This document shows, one piece after another, positions 19,201 to 31,200 of a DNA stretch of 64,000 nt. The DNA comes from Asterias rubens (Eukaryota). The notes under the pieces are model-generated. The model had not been told where the DNA came from and did not search any database. It saw only the letters and a list, made by a program, of their open reading frames with translations. Location: the NCBI RefSeq assembly GCF_902459465.1, contig NC_047062.1:14074001-14138000 (forward strand), written 5' to 3'. Position numbers and translations under genes: made by a program. Each line of letters opens with the position of its first letter. Within the stretch, counting starts at the first letter, position 1.

Positions 19201-22200
19201 TGGTTTTGAAAATGTCCAGAGATTCTGTAAATTCCTCATCATTAAAATCATCCTCATCTATCTTAAAATTCAATTCAGAAACCTCACCTTCAAACTCCTC
19301 ATCAGAAGCATCGAATCCCTCCTCGTCAAACTCATCATTGACCATCTTGAAACCATCATCATCTGCATCGTCGTCCACATCGGATCCTCCCTCCTCCATG
19401 TCACTGTCATTACCAAAGTCATCTTCATCGTCACTGGATTCCTCCTCTTGGGATTTGCTCTTCTTCTTTTTGTCCTTATTTTTCCGACTCACTTCCCTGA
19501 AAGTAAACATTGCAGGAAAGCTCCATTAAAGAGTGTCCGAGTTTTGGTCACCAAAATTTGGAAAGTATACATCCTTTTTAAAGAGTGAGTGTGATTACAT
19601 TAAATTACTTGGGTCATTAAACTTAGTGGATGTACAGTTGACATGCTTGGGGCAGCCAACAGCACTACTGGTTTGTACATGATCCAGTTACGTCCACTGT
19701 TTATAAAAGGAACTACATGGAGATAACAGATGTGAGTTGCCAGAATCAAAGGATGTTTCAGAAGTTTTTGTAAAATTTCTGAAATCAAGAACAAATCGTG
19801 GAAAATGACACGCCTTTAAGATGGCAAAACGTACCCAGCAAAGTCCATGTCATCATCATCTTCTTCTACTTCTTGTTCAAAATCCATACCACCTGTAAGA
19901 TTAGAACAAAATATATACCTTTAACAATGAACTACAATTTTATTTCATAAAGACTAGTTCCAAATAGGAGAGCTTGCAAACAAAATTACAAATACTTCTC
20001 CAATGCCTTAGATAGCTTATATCAACTGTCTGCCTCAACTGTGCAACTTTTGAATTTTTGTTCTACATTCAATGTTGAGAACCAAATTCTGTCTTCCCCA
20101 ATGTAAGCTGTTGACCTACCTCAAAACCCACCAAATTGACCGTACTTTCTATCACATAGATGTAAGAACCCAGTGTACTTATCGAAAAGAGAAGGGGTTC
20201 GCCTCGGTGTTCCTGGCTGTGGCTGCTGTATGCGCCGTAGCACCTTGTAAACCCTTATAAGGTGCTACATAATTGGGTCTCAGAATTCATCACTGCAATA
20301 ACTTATCTTTCTGAAAGTTTGTATATACTCAGCGCCTTGAGTACCTTGTTTGGTAGATATGTGCGCTATATAAGGCTTTGATATTATTATTACTTGTAAC
20401 AACGAATATCTGATTATCACAATTTCAGTTTTATCTTATTGTGACTGCCTATATTTCAATTTGTTGCATCAATGGCCAAATAAATGATAATAATTACAAG
20501 AATTTAAAAGATGGAAATTTGCATCGGGGATAAAGAATATCAACCTCATATACACCCATGTGTGTTGGCACTGTATACGCAGTACTGCGTCCATAGCTAC
20601 TGGGCAATCTCGTTAGTCTAGTTGTTAAAACACTGCTCTAGAAATGCTATGGTCGTAGATTCGAATCCTGCCCAAGTGATTTTTCTCACAGAGCTCAGGA
20701 AAGTACAAAGTACACAGTGCTAACACACATCAGTGTATATGGGTAAATCCAAAATTAATAACAACGAGAACAAACAGTTTTGGGATTTTTTTCCCCCATT
20801 AGATGTGTCGAGTGTTTTTGTAAAAAGACTCACCAATAATTTGGTCGAATTCGTCATCATCAATACTTGATGCATCGCTATCAAACTCAAGGTCATCGTC
20901 CTCTGCGTCATCAGCTTCAGGAGCTTTTTTGATTTTTCCTTTTTCTTGCTCTGTGACAGGATGTTGAGGTCCTTTCTGTCTTGACGTGAAATACCTTTAA
21001 AAAGAAGAGTTTTCCCACATTGAAGTTATCCCTGAAACTTCATCAAGTTATCCCTGAAACTTCATCACAGTCTTCAGAATCTACCATTTACAGCAGGGTG
21101 AGATTTGTAATAATAACATGAACTTATAGAGCACCTTTGTCAAAGGATTCAGAGTGATGTGAGCAAGACAAAAGATATACAAAAAATAGGTTTTTAAGAG
21201 TCCCTAAAACTGTTCCAAGTATGTAGCACACTTAACTAAATCGATCAGAACCATCTCTGCCCTCACGGCTACCCATTTACTCATGGGCGATGAAAAGCAA
21301 TAATAATAATTAAGTGTCTTGCTCAAGGATACACGATGTGTCATGACTGGGACTCAAACCCACATCCTGATGGCTCAGCAACCAGAACTTGTGTCCGATG
21401 CACTTAACCGCTCAGCCACGACAAGTTTTTCTAATTCTACATACTTGTGGAAGAACATCTCATCAATGGGTATTTTCTCCTGTGATGTTTTAAGGTAATC
21501 CTTTGTGTTGACCGGTAGGAGTCTGATCGCTGATGGGTTGTAGGCTTTCCCCTTGGGCTCCATTACTGATACTCTCACTGTGGTGGCAAAACAAAAATGA
21601 CGACATAAATAAACTGCACAGTAAGCTCCAGTTCAGGAATGCTGCACATAAAAGTACTCAAAATCCAATGCTGACACTTAAAGGCAGTGGACACTATTGG
21701 TAATTACTCAAAATAATTATTACCATATAACCTTACTTGGTAACTAGTAATGGGGAGAGGTTGGTAGTATAAAACATTGTGAGAAACGGCTCCCTCTGAA
21801 GTGGAGTAGTTTTTGAGATAGAAGTAGTTTTTGAGAAAGAAGTAATTTTCCTCGAATTTGATTTCGAGAGCTCAGATTTAGAATTTCAGGTCTCGAAATC
21901 AAGCATCTAAAAGCATACAACTTCGTGCGACAAGGTGTTTTGTCCTTTCATTATTATCTTGCAACTTCGATGACCGATTGAGCTCAAATTTTCACAGGTT
22001 TGTTATTTTATGCATATGTTGAGAAAAAGCAGGTGAGAAGACTGGTCTTTGACAAATACCAGTAGTGTCCAGTGTCTTTAGGCCCATGTCTAAATTAGCT
22101 GCTGCATCTAAAATGTCCATAGCAATGCAATTTGCAACAGTCACAGTCGCCAATTCAGACGCTGCCTACAATTAGATAATGTTGGATTGAACAAAAAACA

Positions 22201-25200
22201 ACTTTTGTCAACAACTTTGTACAGGTGCCAGTTGAAAGCCATTCAACCTGTTACTGCTGAACAGCCAGGGATTAGACCAAAGTTTACAATACAAACTTAA
22301 CTTAACTTAACTTAATTAACTTAATAAAAAAATTACTTTAATTGCACAAAAACACTTTATAAAGAACCTTTACATTACGAAAACTTTAAGAAAAGTCAGA
22401 ATCCAAAACTAGTGGCGTACCATTTTCTGCTTGCTTCTTTGGGTTTCTGTAGACAAAGCGGTCCAGGAATTTCATCAGCGTGAAATCATGCAGCGGGTTG
22501 CCCATGTAGTGTACCTTCAAACCATCACGTAGGGTCTTTGCAAAGAGGGCTACCGAAGGGTGATAGTGATTCTGGAGCTGTAATATCAAAAATAAAAACA
22601 ACAATCAACCTAAAAGTCTCAATAAGTGAGGTGTCAAGTGAAGTAAAGCATGAGAAAATTTGTGGGCTATTAAAAGGGTTTGTGTACTTTTTGGGTACAA
22701 TGCAAACATCCACAGATTAACATATTAAACTTACACAGTTTAAAGATAATGATGGTAGAAAGCTTCCCTTAAAATATTACTTGCTGTAGTTTTTTTGAGA
22801 AACAAGTAAAACAATTTCACAAAAATAATGTTTATGTCAGTAAGTCGAGAAATATTCAAGCATGATTAATGGATTGACCCGACTCTCCTGAAAACATTGC
22901 TTTGTGATTTTCACCTTTTTCTAAACAAAACTGAAACTTCTACAGTATTACATACATCTTCATACGCACATCTTCATACGCCCTTTCATATAAAAAAAAC
23001 ATTCAATTGTGCATTTTCTCACTGTCACTTGGGGATGGGGGGGGGGGGGTTCCAAAGAAAGGGAAGGGAATATTGTTTACACCACTGGAAGTGTCTAAAT
23101 TTTCCGCTCCACTTATGATCCATTTCAACATGACATCAATGGATTTGATTAAAACAAACTTTTCTTTACAGACAAAAGTAAGAAAGCTCACTTTGTTGAG
23201 TTCCCAGAAGATGCTCCCCTCTGCACCGCAGTATTGAGGATTCCTGTTGCCTGGATCATATTGGGTCTTTTTCTCTGAAATAACAAATTAATCAATTGAA
23301 GAACGTGAGTATGCAAATTGGTCGCCACAAAGAAGCACTCCAATGATAAAAACATAAATGTGTTAACACAGTTGGGGTTGTGGTGTGTCATGGCTAAGCT
23401 TGGGCGATATCGATTTATTTTATTCACGATATATCGCCGACAATATATTGCGATATTTGATATAATCGCGATTAATTAAATTTGACATCATCAGTCTTCA
23501 AACTCCAAGTGAAAGTTGTAGAAGAGACAGTCATGGCATAAGAGAGATGTTCTAATGACCTATTCTTCTGGTTTTACTCCAAACCTATGGGGTGCAAGAT
23601 GTCTCAGCTAGCATAAACATCACGATATATCGCGATATATTTATATTTCGATTAAACCAAATCCATCCGATATCAAAATCGTTCCAAATTAATATCGCGA
23701 TATTCGATAATATCGTGATATCGCCCAAGCTTAGTCATGGCCTAGCGGTTAAGAGCACCAGACTCTAGCTCTGTGTCCAGCAGAGTTTGGGTTCCAGAGC
23801 AGTGACACCTGTGTCCTTAAGCAAGAAACTTTACCACTCGTCAAAAACTAAGCGGGTACAAATGTATGGACAAATAAATAAGAAACTGAATTATTACAAT
23901 AGGAGTAAAAATTCTCTAAAACATTCAAACCTGTTAGCAATACATGTAACTGTGTTGAGCGCTTGACCGCTCGGCCACGTACCTTTCTTAAAGAGTTTGT
24001 GATGGACCCAGGATGATACAGCCTCAGAGGTTACCTCTCCTTTCTCGCTCCTTATCGGTTCATTGACTTGTCTTGTCTTTTTGCTATCCTCATCAACGTC
24101 AACAAAGTGTTCTTCATTGTCAGAATCCTAAAATAAACCGCAAAAACCGTTTAAAAGGATTGGTAAGCATAAAAAACATAAATGTAGAATTTTAGCCTGA
24201 ACGCTTATTGATAATGAAGTTGTACAACCATATTTTACAAATAAATAATTATGAGATAATTAAGGTAAAAATTAAGGTAAAATTTTTCTCTCAAATAGGT
24301 TGTTTTGACTTCAGTAGAAATAAAACGTGTCAACAACAAACTAAGACGAGACTCACAATTGCTTCCATGGCAGTATTCAACAATGCAGGCTTCGTGGCCA
24401 TGATCTCAGAAACAAGGAACAGTGCCCCGCAGGCAAATGGAGGCTGCTGGGTTGACGATGTCTGCAAAAGTCTCTTCACAAAAGCCTGAAAGCAAAGTAA
24501 ACAAACTAACATAAAACACAAAACTCAGTTTAAATGTTCCATGATGCACACTTATTGGTTAAGAAAGGTCTTTAAAAGCTATACTAGCAATGTCTTATCA
24601 GAGATTTGTCCCACACCTCAAATGTTTCATCAACCCTAGAAAAAAAGCAAATTATGCTCACTTTCTCTGAAGTAAAATAAAATTTCATCCTGACAGTAAC
24701 CACGAGAAAGTGCTGAATTTAAGGGAAGCATCGTGACATGTCTGGTACCTTGACTCTGCCTATTGAGTTATCTGCTCTGAGTGACTGGTAGATGAGATTG
24801 AGGAACATGGCCTGCCTGGTTGAGTGTTCAACACTACGGTCAAGAATTTTGCTGTACAGCGCCGAGTAGAAACGGTCAGTGATGGAATGCCTGCCAAGGG
24901 AAACAAAACATAAGACTTTATTACTCTCCAAAAAGAATGCTCGCACAAGTTTACTACAAATATTTCAAAAATACACAAATTGCAAAAGAAACACCAACAA
25001 GGATTTAAGAATAAAATACATACACACCCATTCTTGCCATGTAGACAACCAGAAAATGCAAGGTTTGTGAACCACCAGTACTCATCTTTTATAAGATAAA
25101 ATAACATGGGAAATAACATGGATACAACTTAACGATTTTATGATCAACAAGTGTCTAAAATTTGTTGCTTTGTTACTTATATTATTACTATTACAGTGAC

Positions 25201-28200
25201 AAGAATTGAAGAATGTTAACAAATTCCTGCCAACAAATCGCAGGGCCTGGACAAAACCTCACATTCATTTACATTTCTAATTACTGAAACCCTGGAAATA
25301 AATAGAACTGAAAAACCGCCCACAACCAAGGTTACTTTACCTAGAGTCCAGAACTTGTTTGAGAAGCAGTAGAGCCTGAATGGCCGTGTTGAAGGCTGAA
25401 ATATGAACCACTTTGAATAACGCGTCTGTCTGCTCGTCAACCCGATCATCCCCAGCTAAAGAAAATGTAGGAAAGAATTTGAACCAAATAAAATGGTGTA
25501 TTTAATAATAACAATAGCTAGTTCTTATAAAGCACAATCACAATAACGTCTCAATACGCTTTACATTAGTGCCCTGGTCATTGGGTCATAACATTCCTTT
25601 AATATTTCTCAGGTCCCTGGGGAGTATACTTCCCTAAACTGGGCCCAATTTCATAGAGCTGCTAAGCACAACAATTTGCTTAGCATGACATTTTTGATAA
25701 AAACAGGATTACCAACCAAATTTCAAAGTGATTTTCAGGATAAGCAAACAACAGCTGAATACCAGCATACAAGCAATATGCAACAAATGGAAATTTGGTC
25801 GGTAATGTTGTTTTTATCAAGGAAGAAATTTGGCCCTGATGTGGCGTTCCAGTTGCTTTTTCATACACAATTTCAACCTCTCCCCTCACTGTACCAAAAA
25901 TCCCGCTCGAGTAAAGTTTTCTTTGTCCAAACCCATATCATTTCAAATTTTACCAAGTCTGTTTCCCTTTTGGTTTACAACTTGAGGTTCAAGACTTGTA
26001 ACTTTTTTTTCTTATTTTTATACAGACTCTGTCTACTGGAAAATGAGTGGATCACAAAACTGAATTTGACCTCGATGACCCTATTTTATGAGTGAAATGC
26101 ATGGAAATCGATTTACCGTTGGAGTAAGGGTAGGCTCTGTTGACTCCCGTTAGTACAGCACTCAACATCTTCTGATCGCTGTCCTTCTTTTTCATGCAAG
26201 CCTGGTCAAAAATTTACACAAAATACAGTTTCAAGGCTTCAAGATTTATTTTGTTTCCACAGTAACAAATCTTATACAGGCAATAGTATGAATGTACATG
26301 TTTCAATGACAAAATACCATGTCGAATATGACATCACCATTCAAAGACCTGCCCTTCAACATGGCATCTGTAAGCGTGTGCTTGTACGTGCATACGGCCT
26401 GCCCTACAAGATGGCCACTTTCATAGCAACAAGGGGGTTATTTGATACGGTCAATACAGTTTAGCCAGGCAGATATAAATACACTTTGGGGATTCTGCAG
26501 GGGAGCTCACAAAGAGTTACAAGCCTGAGCCAACAGGTACTTTCGTTGAGAGCCAAAAACCAAACATTAATGTAACTTTAAATACAGAGGTTGAGTAGTC
26601 AGTTAAAATAGCACAAGGTAGGGCTCAAGGGGCGACAAATTTCAAAATTCAATGTCCCTAAAACACAGATTAGAAGAAAAATAAATTATAATTGCAACCA
26701 AACTTTTACTGTATTTTGAACAACTGCAGTTTGTCCACAAAAAAAACCGGTAAGGACCATCCGGCACTGCAAGGATTTAGACCGTTGTCAAAAAGATGAA
26801 ATCATCTGATTAGCTGACAAGTTGCATACCTGAATGAACCTTTATTGCACATGCTATCGAAATTTTAAGTGTAGTTGCAAAATATATAATTCTATTTCAA
26901 GAATTTAAAAAGTTCTTGCTCTTGTTTTTAACCCAATGTTTTCTACTATGAATACATATAAATCACACAAAGTAATTCATTTGACATGCGCTCATACCCT
27001 TCCTGTGTAGTCTCATGACTTTAAAAAGATCGGGGGGGGGGGGGGGGGGGATAATGAGTCAGTGGTATATTTTCCCAATTTACCTTGAAGAAGGAAAAGT
27101 AGACAATGATCAGCTTGGTGGCTAAGTCCGGCTCGTCGTGGCTTAAGATAAGCTGATTCAGAAAACAAACAGCATAGTATCTAAAACAAATAACCAAAAC
27201 AGAAATAAGCAACTTTGTTTACCAACATGATGCAAAAGTACCAGTTGATCTTGCAAGCTTACATCCCATTTTCATGGCACTGCACGTTTCATTTATCTGC
27301 TTACGGTGATTTGGGCTGAAAGAAATATTATATTATTTCAATAAGAAATAAATAAAAACAATCGCATCCGCCATTGACGATGCACAGGTTGAATAAATGA
27401 ATCGTTGCTACATGTGGCTGATGGACTTAAAAACAACGTCCAGTCCTCACAATTATTAACTAGTTTCCAATTAACTACCGCTTATCATATTTTTAAAATA
27501 ATAGGTTGTTGAATGTATGGCAAGCAGTTCCATTATTGGGCCCTTGCACTGATTTCCATAGAGCTGATTGTTTTCTGATCAGCAAAATTATGCAGGCATG
27601 TTGTGGCAGAGCGGTCAAGCAGTCATCTGTTTGTTTTAATGAAACCTGTAAGTGGCTGCAATCTGCTGTTGGTTATCAATAATAAATAATGTTTAAAAAT
27701 GTATAAAACAGAGCATACCTAATTATTTGCATCTTGTAAAATTGCTTCGCATTAGCTTTCGTGTGAGGTATGAACCAAGGAGGTAGAATTATGAACTGTG
27801 CTGTAAAAAGGTTGTGCGTGCTTAAAAGTGCTTCCCTATTGCCTGTAAAAAATATAACCTCATGTTTGAGAATTTGAGCTCGCTGAGACCATCACTACAA
27901 CCATCAAAACAGCCCAAGGTCTAGTAGTGAGAAGATTATTTCCTCGCTTTTTTTCCTCACTTATTGAGCACACCTCATGCTCTGTCATCATCCTTTTGCC
28001 TTGTAGATAATGCAGGTTTTATCGACAAGTACACCAACACTAAGTTAAAAACTTCAGCTAAAATGGAATGCTCTTGAAATATATTAATAGAAAAGTTCTT
28101 GAAAATAATGTGGCGAGAGTAAAGAGCCGACAGTGGAAAAAAAAAATCCTGAGTCTTTCTCGAAGGCTAAAAGTGTTTTTAAAGAACCAATAACCCAATA

Positions 28201-31200
28201 TTTAAAGAGGTATCAAAGTTAACAGTTTTTTTTAATTCTGTGAATAAAGATGGAAAATAAACAAAGCACAAGGCCAAACGCTACCAGTTGCAGGGATCCT
28301 GCCTGCCCAAGAATACCCCAAAACAACTCCAAATATTCCTCAAAGCCAACGGTCACAAAAACAACATCGTTTCACCAGAAGTTTAAGAAGACAAACCACT
28401 CCACAACAAACATCCACAGCCTAACAAATAATCAACAGTATTTCATCCAAATTACTATAACAATCAACCCCATCCTTCAACCACAACCCTGGCCAATGCG
28501 CCAGGTTTTTGACCATGTGAGGGCGCTCTCATTTGTATTTTTTTAACGTTTCTGGGGGTATACGCGATTCATCCTGCATTGTTTTAATAACAAAACAGTA
28601 TTTATATAGCGCAAAACAAATAAAACATTCCTTAAAGTGCTTAACAGCAAAATGTAAGTATTAAGAAAACAAAACTTAAAAGCTGGTCTCAGGTCAACCT
28701 TTGATTTTCTTGCGCCCGCAACAAACCGTCGGCAATGTGCAGACAAAATATGCTCAGGTCACAACAACTGAAAAATCGTGCGCCTGCAATAGGTTCCCGA
28801 AAGTCGGGGTCTTGTTGTACAAGTTGAAATTGTTCTGCTCTGGTGACTGTCAATTTTTTCGAGCAGCGACTGTTGCAGATTGTCTTAAAATCATCACAGT
28901 TATGCTCAGGTCGTAAATAATACCCGACCGAAAGAGTTCCCGATGGTCTTAGCTCAGGCGCAGTGTGATACTGAAAAGTCAGTGCCAACTTTTTGTTGTT
29001 AACCCAAGGTCGACCTGAGGCCAGCTTAAGAGTATAATTCCAAATTTATTCCCAACAAAATTATATAAATTGTAGCCATTACTAACCTAAATGAAACCAT
29101 AAAAAAATACTAAAAACAAGAGGTGGATTATAATGACTCATTTAATGGTCTTATTGTCCGTTATGGATATGTCCGCTATGGAAACTTGAGCCCCCCCCCC
29201 CCCATTTGACTTTTGTAAGCAATTGAGGCTACTTGCACCAGCAACTTCACGTAAGTTGTTATCAAAATTGACATCACAATTGGAAAACAGAGCATGCCTG
29301 ATTATTTGCGTCAAGCAATTTGCTTTCACATGAACCGGAATATAAACAGTAATTGCGTGCCTTAAAAGAGCTTCCCTGTTGCCTATAAGAAAGCAGACTG
29401 CGTTTAATAACTTGAGAGAATGATCAAAAACTTATTAGCAGCACAAGGTCTGTTTGCTCGCTTTTTGTTCTGAGTTGATTCCAGATCAGGTCACAAAAAG
29501 CAGAAGCATACCTCTTGTTCAGTCACAATCCTTAAGGTTTGCAGATAACACAGGCTTTATCGATACAACACTAAATTCTTCAAAACTTCGACTAAAATGG
29601 AAATTTCTTGAACAATACTAAAGAAAAAGTTCTTTAAAATAATGTGGCAAGTGTATGTCTGTTTAGTTTTGGTGCTGGTCAACACGTCACGTATAGACTC
29701 CTGCAACTGTGCTTCTGGCTGGAAGCAAAATGGTCAATTCTGTTACAAGCTTGTCACCAATCCACAACTAGACAGGTATGCTGCCGACAACTTTTGTATA
29801 TCTTTAAACAGTGTTCTTGCTCAACCCGAGTCTAAGGAAGAAAATGATCACATCCAGAACATGATCCAAGCCCTCCCACAAAGTATTTTCATCAGCCTAT
29901 TGTTGGAACCTAATGTAACTGTACAACACAGCATTGATGTTAGTGACACTTTCACATACTTCAACTTTAAGCCATCATTCCTCAACACAACTCCTCCAAC
30001 CAAACGCTGCACAAGATTCAATGATAAAGGACTGTGGACATTGGGCCGATGTGAATTTCTTCGCAGCTTCATCTGTAAACAAGAGATTGGGAGAAATCCA
30101 AAGTCAGCACGTTGTGTGGCTGTTGCACCCAATGAAGACCTGTGCCTTCTGAAACACACCTACAAGGAGATCAAGTCTGATAACAACCCTGCCATCCAGT
30201 GCTGCTTTGACTGCCACTACGACCCAAATTGCTACTCTTTTAATATGATGGGACAGATGTGTGAGCTCAACAATGCCACTGCATCTCAAGTGCAAGATTT
30301 AGCATACAAAAATGGCTGTGCGTATTTTGAAGTTATAGCATAAATTAAGAACGCTCTTCAGAATGGGGAAACTACAAAAGCAAGAAGTGAGAAATGCTAT
30401 GCACTTATAAACAAAAAATTAGAACACACAAGAGGAGTTGACAGATGAACTGCATAAGGTGGAATGCATATTGTTATCATCAAATTCATGAGAATTACCA
30501 AAGAAAATAGTGAGCAGTTTATGGCAAAACACTTTAACACTATTGAACAAATTAACCGAGAAGAGAGTTCTAAGATAAGTTTTATGGAGAAACGCGAGAG
30601 CTCCCACAATTCAATGTTTAAAGAAGTAACGGAAACTAATTAATGAGGTAAGTGAGCATTTTTAAAGTTGTTTTCTCTTTGTCTTTTTATACTGGATCAA
30701 GTCTATATAAGAAATGTATACCTTTTGGTCTTTGCAACTGTTCATACATACTATAAAACTAATTTTTTGTTTCGAAAAGGTGGTAGTATTTTTGAGATAT
30801 CGCCTAAAATCTGGAGTGGTTATATCCATGCAGGAAGATTAATCCATAATTGAAGTACACAGTCTGAGAAACAATTCATGCATGAAGCTTTCTCAGAATA
30901 AAATTTGTTTCTCTTCTCTAAAACCACATTATACCTTAGAATTCTCTCATCATTTAAATTGTTACCTTATAGTCTATCAAGAATGCCACTGCTTGTGTTT
31001 TGCAAGGATTGTGGGTTGTGTACAGATCCTACAGAACGCAATGTGTTCTGTGTTCGTGGCACTTGTCAAGTTAGTTTTTGTGGTGTGTGTATTACTTGTA
31101 AAGTGAGGGTTTAATGCTTCACATGTAGAGGGCTTCACTAAAAAAAAACAAGCCTAGCAGAATCGCCTTGCCTATTAAAAAAAAAAAGAAATCCCCAAAT

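Noticed and set aside
18998-19588. Overlapping ORFs on both strands (170, 114, 133 aa)
   Set aside because: Only 19288-19496 (-) is a supported CEBPZ exon; the plus-strand Ser-rich ORFs are antisense shadows of Asp/Glu codons.
28250-28546. 98-aa ORF after the lectin relic
   Set aside because: A/C-rich low-complexity sequence with no similarity to the lectin in any frame.
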